From positions 1 to 64,000 of IMG/VR virus record IMGVR_UViG_2767802123_000001: a stretch of 64,000 nucleotides of DNA; one strand, given 5' to 3'. Shown in pieces: positions 9,180 through 18,269 of the stretch. A program made the translations under genes and the position numbers. The notes under the pieces were generated by a model. The model saw only the letters and a program-made list of their open reading frames with translations, searched no databases and was not told the DNA's origin. Positions within the stretch are counted from its first letter, which is position 1. Each line of letters opens with the position of its first letter. This DNA comes from a virus. Taxonomy: Duplodnaviria; Caudoviricetes.

Positions 9180-9299
9180 GGAGCCGTGATCCCGGCAACG
9201 AGGGCCCCGCAGCGCGGCAGCCTCGCATCCGAGCGCGAACCTTGGTCGGTTCCCACGCGCTCTGCGGGGCCCCCGGTTCGACTCCGGGCGGGCCCACCA
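9180..9299 (+). ncRNA. tRNA-like structured RNA (non-canonical)
   Basis: Canonical T-arm CCCGG-TTCGACT-CCGGG, then CGGGCCC-A-CCA; 11-bp stem 9202-9212/9262-9272 replaces the anticodon arm. Confidence 0.5.
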
Positions 9300-9334
9300 C
9301 AGCAGGCAGGCGACGACCACGGAAACGAGGAGCG

Positions 9335-9733
9335 ATGACCATCTACTTTCTGCCCGATGAGTACGCCCGGGTGACGCAGACGACCGTGGTGGTCCCGGTC
9401 GCCCGGCCCAACACGGACGCGCTCACCGACCCGTCGAACGGCCACGTGGTCCTCCCGGCGCGCGTCGAGATCACCCTGCGGCTGGACGAGGGCACCCCGC
9501 GCGGCGACCGTGCGACCGCCCACGTCGCCGTAGTCGGACCGCGACGGCTGAAGTCCGGGGCCGTCGGCAAGCCCATCACGACCATCGGGTGGGAAAGGGC
9601 GCGCAACGACGGCTCGCGCGGTTACGTGGCCCGGCCCGACTGGCTCACGGAGCTGCTCGCCGAACACCTGCCGGAGGGCTGGGACCCGGCGCTGCTGGAG
9701 CTGATCGACGACCACGGAAATGAGGAGCGATGA
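9335..9733 (+). CDS. Hypothetical protein
   Basis: GACCACGGAAACGAGGAGCG-ATG. Confidence 0.7.
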   Translation: MTIYFLPDEYARVTQTTVVVPVARPNTDALTDPSNGHVVLPARVEITLRLDEGTPRGDRATAHVAVVGPRRLKSGAVGKPITTIGWERARNDGSRGYVARPDWLTELLAEHLPEGWDPALLELIDDHGNEER

Positions 9734-10305
9734 GCAGCGCACTGCCCGAGTGGCTGGTGGACTACGTGCTGAAGCGGGACCAGCAGCGTGCCGATGAGGT
9801 GAACGCCGTGCTCGCCGCCATGAGCGAACGGGAGCGGCGCCTGGTTCGCGAGGCGGCCGTCATGGCCTACGTCCACGGACGTCAGCACCCGAACGGGGCC
9901 GACCACCCCAAGGACTCCACGGTCCTGGCCAACGTGATCGGGGCATGCCTCGCGAACGCCGACCTCTACCCGGTGACCAACTACGTCGCCAAGGTCGGAC
10001 CGCCCGTAGCCCTCACGCCGTGCACGCACGTGAAGGCGCTGCACGACACGGAGCACGACGGGCTGATCGTGGAGGGGTGTTCGTGGTGCGCCGGGCGGGA
10101 GCAGCTCGGTACGCCCGGCCACACCAAGCCGCTGATGCGCGTGACGTCGACCGGACTGCGTCCGGGACTGACCGACGCGGAGCGCGCGATGCTGCGCTAC
10201 GCCCTGGAGCTGGCCGAGAACGCGATGGCGTCCGAGGGCGACGAGTTCAGCGACGACGACCACGAGGCCGTCGCGTCGCTCAAGCTGCTCGCTGGGGAAG
10301 AATGA
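9730..10305 (+). CDS. Hypothetical protein
   Basis: Same RBS box; ATGA overlap. Confidence 0.7.
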   Translation: MSSALPEWLVDYVLKRDQQRADEVNAVLAAMSERERRLVREAAVMAYVHGRQHPNGADHPKDSTVLANVIGACLANADLYPVTNYVAKVGPPVALTPCTHVKALHDTEHDGLIVEGCSWCAGREQLGTPGHTKPLMRVTSTGLRPGLTDAERAMLRYALELAENAMASEGDEFSDDDHEAVASLKLLAGEE

Positions 10306-10333
10306 CCGCCAGCGACCACGGAAACGAGGAGAC

Positions 10334-10501
10334 ATGAGCAACCGACCGCAGACCGATGAACCGCCGTTCGGGTCCCCGGGCTGCACCTGCAAGCCGTGGA
10401 CTCGGGAAGGCGGACGACCGCGCTACCTTGACCCCCGCGAGACGGTGGACAAGGTCAGCGGCTGGGAAGTCAACCCGGACTGCTTCCACCACGCCAGTTG
10501 A
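10334..10501 (+). CDS. 55-aa small protein (not in ORF track)
   Basis: GACCACGGAAACGAGGAGAC-ATG; CTC...CFHH. Confidence 0.6.
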   Translation: MSNRPQTDEPPFGSPGCTCKPWTREGGRPRYLDPRETVDKVSGWEVNPDCFHHAS

Positions 10502-10513
10502 CCCCGCACAGCC

Positions 10514-10553
10514 CGAAGCCCCGGAGCCGCTACGGCCCGGGGCTTCGTCGTGC
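10514..10553. terminator. Bidirectional hairpin between convergent genes
   Basis: CGAAGCCCCGG...CCGGGGCTTCG repeat family. Confidence 0.65.
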
Positions 10554-10555
10554 CG

Positions 10556-11359
10556 TCACGGCGTGAGCCGGCCGATCTTGGCAGCGAGGGACGCCACCTG
10601 CTTGGCCAGCTCCAGGCCGCGCTCATGGTCGGCCTCCAGCGCGTCGGTAACGACCGTGCCGCGCAGGGCCTTGTGTGCGACGCGCAGCGCGGCCAGGCCC
10701 TGCTCCAGCCGCACGATGGCCAGGGCCTCCTGCGGGGTGTGTTCGGTCGGCAGGTCTGCGGACCCCTCGTCCTCCTCGGCCGTCTGCGCGGGGATGTAGT
10801 GGAGCCGGTGGGCCGCTTCCTTGATGGTGGCGGCCGTCACCTTCGCCCCGGCTTGCTTGACCGCCACGACGACCTCCCGCACGGCCTCCTCGCCGTGGGC
10901 CTCCAGGACCGGGGCAAGGGCGCGGGCCTGCGACTCCACGGGTGCCGTGTCGAAAATTTTAGACAGCAGGTTCATCGTCGGGGCGGCGTCGATGAGCTGA
11001 TAGGCGCGGGAGCGGTCCATGTCCCACCGGTCGCTGATGTACTGCTCGAACGTCTCGTGAGTGACCTTGTAGAGCCCGCCGTCCTCGTCGCGAATCGCGC
11101 GCAGGGCTGTCCCGGCCTCCACGACGAACCGGGCGCGGGCCGCCTTGAGGGAGTGACTAGCCGCTTCCTTCGCCTCGTCGATGGCCGCCTCGAACGCGGC
11201 CAGGCGCTCCTCGGCCGTGCCGGTGACGGTGGCCGGGTCGAGCACCTTCGGGGCGAACGGGTCCGGCGTCGTGGCCGTCGCGCTCGCGTGCCGGGCGCGC
11301 AGGACGTCGGACAAGCCGGGAGCGCGCCCGGGGGCGGGAAGCTGCTTGGCGGGGCTCAT
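10556..11359 (-). CDS. ParA-associated DNA-binding partner (non-canonical ParB-like)
   Basis: Coupled downstream of parA; TFEQYISDRWDMDRSRAYQLID HTH-like segment. Confidence 0.6.
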   Translation of the reverse strand: MSPAKQLPAPGRAPGLSDVLRARHASATATTPDPFAPKVLDPATVTGTAEERLAAFEAAIDEAKEAASHSLKAARARFVVEAGTALRAIRDEDGGLYKVTHETFEQYISDRWDMDRSRAYQLIDAAPTMNLLSKIFDTAPVESQARALAPVLEAHGEEAVREVVVAVKQAGAKVTAATIKEAAHRLHYIPAQTAEEDEGSADLPTEHTPQEALAIVRLEQGLAALRVAHKALRGTVVTDALEADHERGLELAKQVASLAAKIGRLTP

Positions 11360-12150
11360 CGGTCGATCACCTCGGCGATGGACCGGTACGCCTTGGCGTG
11401 CTCGGACTCGGGCGCGTAGTCGACGGGTGTGCGCCCGTACCGCCACGCCTCGGTGATGACGACGCCCAGGGGCACCGTAGCGAGGACGGGGAGGCCATCC
11501 AGTGCCCCGAACTCCTTCAGCACGGACTGGGCGAGCAGGCTCGGCGGACGTCGTAGCCGGTTGACCACCAGGCCGTGCAGCTCCAGCGGCTTGGTGCGCA
11601 GGTCGGCGTCCACGGAGGCGACCTGAGGCAACAGAAGTTCCAGGGCCTTGAGGCTGGAGTCCTCGGCCTCCACGGGGATGAGCACGCCGTCGGCGGCGGT
11701 CAGCGCGTTGTCGGTGAGGATGTCCAGGGAGGGCGGGGAGTCAATGAGCACGTGGTCCCAGGCACCCCGTGCTGAGGCGAGCAGCTTGGCCAGCCGCTGC
11801 TCGCGGGCCTTGACCTTGTCGACGTCGCGCACGGCCATGAACATCTCGAACGCGTTCGGAACGACGTCGATGCGGCCGGCGGGCTCGGAATGCGTAACGG
11901 CGAGGTCCGCTACGGGACCGGTGAACTCGCCGACCAGCGACCGGTAGAGGTTGGGCGCACCGTCGCCGGACGGCGCCTGCGGGACCTTGAGTCCGTCAGT
12001 GAGGTGGCCCTGCGGGTCCAGGTCGACAACGAGGACGTTGCGGCCCATCTCGGCGAGCGCCCCGGCGGTGCCGAGGGTCGTGACGGTCTTGCCGACCCCG
12101 CCCTTCTGGTTGGTGACGGCGGTGATGCGCGTGGTGGTGGATGCATCCAT
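11356..12150 (-). CDS. parA: ParA/Soj family partition ATPase
   Basis: NQKGGVGKT, DLDPQG, DSPP motifs. Confidence 0.92.
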   Translation of the reverse strand: MDASTTTRITAVTNQKGGVGKTVTTLGTAGALAEMGRNVLVVDLDPQGHLTDGLKVPQAPSGDGAPNLYRSLVGEFTGPVADLAVTHSEPAGRIDVVPNAFEMFMAVRDVDKVKAREQRLAKLLASARGAWDHVLIDSPPSLDILTDNALTAADGVLIPVEAEDSSLKALELLLPQVASVDADLRTKPLELHGLVVNRLRRPPSLLAQSVLKEFGALDGLPVLATVPLGVVITEAWRYGRTPVDYAPESEHAKAYRSIAEVIDR

Positions 12151-12185
12151 GACGCGGGAGCCTATCGGGCGACCCGTCGGCCCCT

Positions 12186-12226
12186 GGGTATTGCCCCGAC
12201 CGGCGACCTATGATTTAATTAAGTCA
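12186..12226 (+). promoter_or_regulatory. Repeated promoter/operator, copy 7 (divergent from parA)
   Basis: GGGTATTG-N17-TGATTTAATTAAGTCA (12211-12226). Confidence 0.75.
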
Positions 12227-12264
12227 TCTGCCGGACGGACCGGCCGGGGAGAAGGGAACCGACT

Positions 12265-12555
12265 ATGAAGCTCGACCGTATGGACATCGTCAACGCCGCT
12301 GAGACCGCCGAGGTGTGGGACGACGACTACGAGATTCGCGAGGCGTACAGCGGCCGGTACATGGGCTCCCGTACCTGCCTGGCGGTGACCCTGCCCAGCG
12401 CCAGCAAGCTGACCGAGTTCATGGTCGCCCTCGCCGTCCAGCTCACCGAGAACGACCGGGCCGACGACGCGCTGAGCCTCGCCCGGATGACCCGCACCGA
12501 CTCGATGGGCACTGGCATCGTCGCCTACTGGCCCGGCGTTGAACTGGCCGGCTGA
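12265..12555 (+). CDS. Hypothetical phage protein
   Basis: YSGRYMGSRTCL...TDSMGTGIVAYWP; RBS present. Confidence 0.75.
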   Translation: MKLDRMDIVNAAETAEVWDDDYEIREAYSGRYMGSRTCLAVTLPSASKLTEFMVALAVQLTENDRADDALSLARMTRTDSMGTGIVAYWPGVELAG

Positions 12556-12695
12556 CCGCACCGCCCGGGGCCGTTCGGCCCCAACCCGCTTCCGTGGGAT
12601 AACGAAGTCCGCCAGGCCACCGGCCCGGAGGCGCCGGCTCACAGCCGGCCGGGAGCACTCGCTGCACCACTGACCAAGGAACAAGGAGACGGGCC

Positions 12696-12968
12696 ATGCA
12701 GACGATCTGGACGAGGTGGGACCTCGCGGACATGCAGGACGCGGCCGACGCCGAGGGGCACACGGCCCTGGACGCCCTCGTGGTCCCGGAGCTGAAGCTG
12801 GTGGGGACGCTGCCGTACTCCGGTGCGTTAACCGACTACCGGGAGCACATCACCGCCTGCGCGGACTGCCGCCGCGACGACCGCCCGGACTGCCGTACGG
12901 GCGAGGCCCTGCTGGCCGTCTCCCGCATCGGTGTGGAGGAGCAGCACCGCATGGCCGTGCACAACTGA
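12696..12968 (+). CDS. Hypothetical protein with HxxxCxxC...C motif
   Basis: GACCAAGGAACAAGGAG box. Confidence 0.7.
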   Translation: MQTIWTRWDLADMQDAADAEGHTALDALVVPELKLVGTLPYSGALTDYREHITACADCRRDDRPDCRTGEALLAVSRIGVEEQHRMAVHN

Positions 12969-12993
12969 CGACGGTTCAACAAGGCAGCGCCCC

Positions 12994-13033
12994 GGGGTTG
13001 TCCACCCCGGGGCGCTGTGATTTAATTAAGTCA
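12994..13033 (+). promoter_or_regulatory. Repeated promoter/operator, copy 8
   Basis: GGGGTTG-N17-TGATTTAATTAAGTCA (13018-13033). Confidence 0.8.
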
Positions 13034-13080
13034 TCAGCCGGGCGGACTGCCCGGCAGGACCAAGGAACGAGGAATCGACC

Positions 13081-13482
13081 ATGACGCACTTCCAGACCTG
13101 CCGCCGCCACCCCGAGGCCGGGCGCTTCCTGCGCGACTGCTACGGCTGCAAGCGCGACCTGTTCGACATGCAGGCCCGCAACGAGGCCGAGGCGCAGGCC
13201 CGCAAGGCGCTCGCCCTGATCGGTTCCTCGGACGTGGAGATCCTGTCCGCGCAGGCCGTCGGGACGGCTCTCGTCGTCGCCACCCACAACCCGGCCCCCT
13301 TCGTCGGCGGGTACGCGGTCGACGTCTTCCGGCTCCCCACGGCCGCCGAGACGGACCCCGACCTGAGCGACGACTACCGGCTCCCCGCCGGACAGTGGGT
13401 CCTCAACTGGCAGGCGTGGGACGAAGTCGACACCACGGCTCAGATGACCGCCGAGGCCCGCGCGTACCTCGCCACCGCCTAG
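13081..13482 (+). CDS. Hypothetical protein
   Basis: GACCAAGGAACGAGGAATCGACC-ATG. Confidence 0.75.
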   Translation: MTHFQTCRRHPEAGRFLRDCYGCKRDLFDMQARNEAEAQARKALALIGSSDVEILSAQAVGTALVVATHNPAPFVGGYAVDVFRLPTAAETDPDLSDDYRLPAGQWVLNWQAWDEVDTTAQMTAEARAYLATA

Positions 13483-13628
13483 TTGTCCGCCTGACCCACC
13501 GGGGCCATTCGGCCCCAAGCAGCTCCCGTGGGATAACGGATGTCCGCCGGGCCCCGCCCGGAAGTGCCGGATCGTGACCGGCCGGGAGCACCCACCCCCT
13601 ACACCGCTGACCAAGGAAAGTGGGACGC

Positions 13629-14072
13629 ATGGACGCATTCGAAGCCCCCGGCACCGTCCGGGGTACGGCCCTGCGGTTCGACCCGGGCCACGCCGGCACG
13701 CTGACGATGACCACGCAGTTCATCACCGCCGGGACGTACAACGGTGTGGTGCTGCAACCGTCGTGGGTCCTGCCGCTGGCCGCGTGGTTCGCCGGCGAGG
13801 CGCAGCCAGCCGCGCACGGGGATCTCCCCGGGACGCTGTACGGGCGGCGCATGGACATCGCCGGCGACGAGTACGCCATCGTCTGGTCCACGCACACGTG
13901 GGCGCAGCTGGACTGCGTCCTGCCGTTCGGGACGGCCCGGGTGCAGGCCGGACCGCGCGGCAGGGAGTACGGATCGACCGTGATGCTCGCCCCCGAGGCG
14001 CGGGTCGACGTGGCCGCGTGGCTGCGCCGGACCCACGCCGAGGGGTGGACGCAGCGCGAGCCGGCTGCCTGA
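13629..14072 (+). CDS. Hypothetical protein
   Basis: GACCAAGGAA box upstream; start may be 13620. Confidence 0.65.
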   Translation: MDAFEAPGTVRGTALRFDPGHAGTLTMTTQFITAGTYNGVVLQPSWVLPLAAWFAGEAQPAAHGDLPGTLYGRRMDIAGDEYAIVWSTHTWAQLDCVLPFGTARVQAGPRGREYGSTVMLAPEARVDVAAWLRRTHAEGWTQREPAA

Positions 14073-14220
14073 GCAGGCCGTTCGGCGATTGGCGTACCCG
14101 CTGGCACACTCCGTGCCTACGTCGTGGCCCACCCCCTGCCGGGCCACGACTCCAGTGCCCCGCCCACACCCCCTGGGCGGGGCACTCGCAACTTGACCAA
14201 GGAACAAGGGGAGGCCCGTC

Positions 14221-14622
14221 ATGGGCATAGACAGATCCATTTCCACCCGGGCCCGTGAGGCCTTGCGCCGCATCGAGCGGCTGGAAGCGGAGCGGCGGCG
14301 CGTGCAACGCTCCCTGGCCCGGTGCACCCCCGGCTCCCCGTACGCACGGGAGCTGGACGAACAACTCGCGGAGCTGGACGTGCGGATCGAGCACTGGGGT
14401 GCGATCGTCGTCCGGGCCGAGGCCGAGGGCTTCCGGGTCTGGACCCGGGCAGACTTCCGCCGTGGCGACTTCGTCCGGTACCGGGGCGACTGGTACGAGG
14501 TGCTGCGCGCCAACCCGAAGTCTCTGACGGTTCCGCACGGGCGCGGGACCTGGACGGTGCCCTACACCGACGTCTCGGGGCGCCGGAGCGGCGTGGATCA
14601 GGGCGCCGGGGACGCAGCGTGA
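14221..14622 (+). CDS. Hypothetical protein; C-terminus paralogous to 44437-44970
   Basis: WTRADFRRGDFV...VLRANPKSLT vs WERADFRVGDIV...VKRVNAKTLT. Confidence 0.7.
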   Translation: MGIDRSISTRAREALRRIERLEAERRRVQRSLARCTPGSPYARELDEQLAELDVRIEHWGAIVVRAEAEGFRVWTRADFRRGDFVRYRGDWYEVLRANPKSLTVPHGRGTWTVPYTDVSGRRSGVDQGAGDAA

Positions 14623-14944
14623 AAGCGCTCCCCTAAGCTCCGACAGCTCCTCAATCCCAGGTGACCGACCGGTAATGCCAAGGCACCTTCCAGAACGTCC
14701 CGGGAGGTGCCTTGACCGTTGCCCCTGACAACTCCCTTGCAGATATGCGGAGTTGATGGTCATGCCCTCACATCGTGGACGATTGGTGAAAGCGACTGCC
14801 GCTGAGCTGGGACAACTCACAATCGGAAACATGTCTCTTACTTAGAGCGAGGGTCGTATTTATTCACGTGTGCGCCGTTCCAAACACAGGTGCATACAGC
14901 AATAGTTTGACCTGACAGTGTCACTGCGTCCGAGGAGTCGATAG

Positions 14945-15346
14945 GTGATACAGCGACTGGGCGGCGACTACGCTGCCTCTGAGGTGCGTTGGCAGGATGA
15001 CGCGCTGTGCGGCGGTCTCCCGCTGGGGGTGTTCGTACCGGACAAGGAGGATCCCAAGGGACTGGAAACCGCGCGCACGTACTGCAACCCGTGCCCCGTT
15101 CGGGGGACATGCCTGAGGTACGCGCTTACGTACGGGCTGCGTGGGTACTGGGGCGGCACCGACACGGCAGAGCGTCGGCGCCTCAAGGCGAAGAAAGACC
15201 GGGCCAAGTGCCCGTCCTGCACGAGTACGCGCGTCGTTGACATGGTGGACAGCCATGACGCACTGTGCCTGGCTTGTGGACTGTCGTGGCTCAGGGAGTC
15301 GGCCGCGCAGCCCCGCACCAGCACGCGAGTGCGTACTGTGGCCTGA
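14945..15346 (+). CDS. WhiB-family Fe-S regulator with C-terminal Zn ribbon
   Basis: WQDDALC...CNPCPVRGTC...GYWGG...ERRRL; then CPSC...CLAC. Confidence 0.88.
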   Translation: MIQRLGGDYAASEVRWQDDALCGGLPLGVFVPDKEDPKGLETARTYCNPCPVRGTCLRYALTYGLRGYWGGTDTAERRRLKAKKDRAKCPSCTSTRVVDMVDSHDALCLACGLSWLRESAAQPRTSTRVRTVA

Positions 15347-15470
15347 CGGCCCTCCCCGCTGTCATCGGGGAGGGCCGTCAGTAAGAAACAACGTAGCGGC
15401 CGGGCGTCCACTGTTGTGAGTGGGTGCCCGGCCCTTTTGATTCAGATATTGCACACCCTGACAGGCGGTA

Positions 15471-16529
15471 TCACGCCGCGTACGCCTTGAAGCCGTTTTG
15501 CTCCTCGCGCGCCCTCTCCCACGCCTCCCACCAACGCCAGGCGTTGGCCGACAGCCGCAGGCCCTCGGCAACGGCGCGGCCGGCTTCCGCCCGCTCCGCC
15601 CGCAGGGCCGGCGAGTCGACCAGGCGTTTCAGCTCCCGGTACCAACGGCGTGGTGTGTCGGCGAGGACACCCGCTCCCCGCTCGTGCAGCCGGACGTACT
15701 CCACCCTGGGCGAAGCCACCCACGGGATGCCAAGGGCGCTCAGCTCCAGCGGCTTCAACCACGATTTGGCCGCGTTGAACCGGGTGTCCGCCAGTGGCGC
15801 AATCCCTATGCCGACGCCCTCGGCCACGGCGGCTGGCCAGCCCGCCACGTCCACGCCCGTACGGCCCTGGGGGTCCCGGGTCAGACCGAACGCGGCGCCG
15901 ACGCCGGTGGGGTCCCCGACGACCCGGAAATCCACGCCCTCGGACACCAGGCGGGCGACGGCCCCGCCGATCACGGCCGGATCGTCCGGGTGCGAGGCCA
16001 GTGCGGCCGGCCAGCCGATGACGTCGCCGTCCGTGTGCGGCGCCTCGTAGTAGGAGTCCGGCAGATGGTTGTAGATGACGTGGCCCCGGCCGTGCCGGGC
16101 GTAGCGCTCCAGCAACGCCGGCGTGGACACGGTCACCAGGGTCGCGTCCCGGCACGCAGCAGCGAGGTTCTGCCAGGAGTGCAGACCGCCGGAACGCGGG
16201 TGCATCGAGTCGTAGGCCGGGTTCCGGGGGTGCACGGTGGACAGGTCGTCGTCCACGTCCACCACCACGGCTATGCCCTTGCGCCGCAGCAGCGGAACAG
16301 CCTCGGCCATCCACTGGTGCGTGAGGCGCTGGAAGACGAGGACGTCCACGTCGTCCACGTCCAGGACGTCCTCCACGTGGTCGTCGGCGCCTATCTTCAG
16401 CTTCAGCCCCCGGTTGGCCGGCGGGCGTATCTCCACATCGTGCCCGGCCGCCGCAAGCAGCTCCGCAGCCCAGATGATCCTGAAGTATCCACAGCCGCCC
16501 ATGTCCGCCGGGTAGGTGACGACGCGCAT
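15471..16529 (-). CDS. Glycosyltransferase (GT-B/GT4-like)
   Basis: GCGYFRI, DVDDDL, IGIAPL.D..FNAAKSWLKPLE motifs. Confidence 0.8.
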   Translation of the reverse strand: MRVVTYPADMGGCGYFRIIWAAELLAAAGHDVEIRPPANRGLKLKIGADDHVEDVLDVDDVDVLVFQRLTHQWMAEAVPLLRRKGIAVVVDVDDDLSTVHPRNPAYDSMHPRSGGLHSWQNLAAACRDATLVTVSTPALLERYARHGRGHVIYNHLPDSYYEAPHTDGDVIGWPAALASHPDDPAVIGGAVARLVSEGVDFRVVGDPTGVGAAFGLTRDPQGRTGVDVAGWPAAVAEGVGIGIAPLADTRFNAAKSWLKPLELSALGIPWVASPRVEYVRLHERGAGVLADTPRRWYRELKRLVDSPALRAERAEAGRAVAEGLRLSANAWRWWEAWERAREEQNGFKAYAA

Positions 16530-16569
16530 TCCTCGGTCTCCGTTCCCTGGTCGCCGCTCTGCTGCCGGA

Positions 16570-16779
16570 CTACTGCCCGGCCTTGTCCTCCGACGCACCC
16601 TTGCTGCGGGCCGTACGGCCCGTGGAGGCGCGCTTCTGCTCCGGCGCATGGCTCGGGCCGCCGGACTCCTCCACAGCCGTGAGACGGGCGCTCAGCTCCT
16701 CCAGGCGCTTCTCCAGCGGGGCAGTGGCGCGGGCCACCGCGTCGTCGATGACCGCGCGCATCCTCGCGTCCTGCGACAC
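16570..16779 (-). CDS. Small coiled-coil protein after endolysin
   Basis: GTG directly after endolysin stop; LEKRLEELSARL. Confidence 0.55.
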   Translation of the reverse strand: MSQDARMRAVIDDAVARATAPLEKRLEELSARLTAVEESGGPSHAPEQKRASTGRTARSKGASEDKAGQ

Positions 16780-16781
16780 GG

Positions 16782-17753
16782 CTACGCCCCCACCTTCGCC
16801 TTGATGGCGTCCACGGCCCGCTTCAGCGCGGTGAGCTGCTCGCCGTTGGAGCGGGCCTGCGCCCGGATCTCCCGCACCGCCGTGGTGGTGGACTGCACGT
16901 GCGTGGCGAACGTCCAGTGCTTGTTCGTCGCGTAGTCGGCCGCATCCGACGGGGCGGTGAGGACGTCGTCCGTGGTGAAGATCTTCCGGACGTCGCTGCC
17001 CTCCAGCACCCCGCCCCCGGCGAGCAGCTTCGCCACCACCGCGTCGGCTATCTTGCCGATCTCCGTATTCGTCAGTGCCATGTCCTCTTCCTCTCCTGGG
17101 CTCCAGGTGCGGTCGTGGCGCAGCCGTTCGGCGACGTCCGCACGAAACTGCTTCGGCGTGAACTCGAACCGGCCCCGGCTGCCGTAGCCCGCCACCGGGC
17201 CGCGCGGGTCCGGTTTGCCCTCCACGCTCGTCTCCTTGTGGCAGGCGACCGACTCGGCCGACCAGCCGTAGTGACGGCAGATGGCCGCGTTGGTGCGCAC
17301 CCACGCGTCGTACTGGGCGCGCGGGTAGACGTCCTCGCCATCGCCCAGGTTCTCCGTCTCGATGCCGTAGCTGACGTCGTTGCCGTCGATGGTGCCCGAG
17401 GCCCGGGACGGCGCCGGGTGGACGGAGGCCTCGTCGCGGAAAGACTGGTAGGCGTTGATGGCCATCGGCCCGGCGTGGTTCGCGCGGCCGGCCGAGCACA
17501 TCGTGGCCGTACCGTCCTTGGCCAGGTGGATGTGCGCGAGCGGCGGCGGCAGGCCGGGCACGCCGTCCCGAGCGACGACGTCGCGGGAGTTCCGCCCGGC
17601 GGTGTGGTGGTTGAGGATCATCCGCACCGGGCCGAAGGCCAGGCCGGTCTCGTCATCCCGCTCCCGGGTGCGCCATCCCGGGTATTCGGAAACCCTCACG
17701 CCCTCCTCGCGGAGGATGCGTATGTACGTGTCAGGACTCATCGGTGATGCCAC
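16782..17753 (-). CDS. Endolysin, N-acetylmuramoyl-L-alanine amidase
   Basis: HHTAG, GIETEN, CHKET, KPDP motifs; lysis cassette position. Confidence 0.88.
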   Translation of the reverse strand: MASPMSPDTYIRILREEGVRVSEYPGWRTRERDDETGLAFGPVRMILNHHTAGRNSRDVVARDGVPGLPPPLAHIHLAKDGTATMCSAGRANHAGPMAINAYQSFRDEASVHPAPSRASGTIDGNDVSYGIETENLGDGEDVYPRAQYDAWVRTNAAICRHYGWSAESVACHKETSVEGKPDPRGPVAGYGSRGRFEFTPKQFRADVAERLRHDRTWSPGEEEDMALTNTEIGKIADAVVAKLLAGGGVLEGSDVRKIFTTDDVLTAPSDAADYATNKHWTFATHVQSTTTAVREIRAQARSNGEQLTALKRAVDAIKAKVGA

Positions 17754-18051
17754 GGCGGGCCCCCTCGATCTGCGTGTGGCCCACGAGCCACGCCTGGTAC
17801 AACATCAGCGCCCCGAACAGGGCGGCGAGGATGCCGCGCACGATGCGCAGCACCTCCACGTCCGCGCGGAACACGGTGACGCCTATGGAGATGGCCATGA
17901 ACGCCGCGATAGCCAGGGCCTTGATGACGAGCAGCCGGCCGACGAGGGTCCGCCACCACCGGGCGAGCAGGGTGTAGACGAGGACGAAGGACAGGCACCC
18001 GACGAGAGCGATCACACTGCCCGCGAGGTTCACCGTCTCCCCTGTCGTCAT
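17731..18051 (-). CDS. Putative holin (3 TM)
   Basis: Three hydrophobic helices; adjacent to endolysin. Confidence 0.65.
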   Translation of the reverse strand: MTTGETVNLAGSVIALVGCLSFVLVYTLLARWWRTLVGRLLVIKALAIAAFMAISIGVTVFRADVEVLRIVRGILAALFGALMLYQAWLVGHTQIEGARRGITDES

Positions 18052-18269
18052 CGGAATTTGCCCCCAAGCGCGTCCTTGATCATCGGGGCGAAGTGATTCC
18101 GTTCACCCAACCGCCGCAGAGTACGTGAAATCTCCGAAATCACCGCCGTACGGGCTTGCGCCCGGGCGATGTCCTGTTCAAGGGACTGGAGGGCTTCGCG
18201 GACGGCCTGGACCTCGTCGCTGGACCGTCCGGGATCCGGCTCACTCTTCGGGCGCTTGCGCCAGGGCAC
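18048..18269 (-). CDS. Lysis-cassette hypothetical protein
   Basis: Overlapping neighbours; ...ERNHFAPMI C-terminus. Confidence 0.6.
   Translation of the reverse strand: MPWRKRPKSEPDPGRSSDEVQAVREALQSLEQDIARAQARTAVISEISRTLRRLGERNHFAPMIKDALGGKFR

Noticed and set aside
9180-9299. Canonical tRNA gene
   Set aside because: No 7-nt anticodon loop at the right position and the acceptor stem is imperfect; kept as tRNA-like only.
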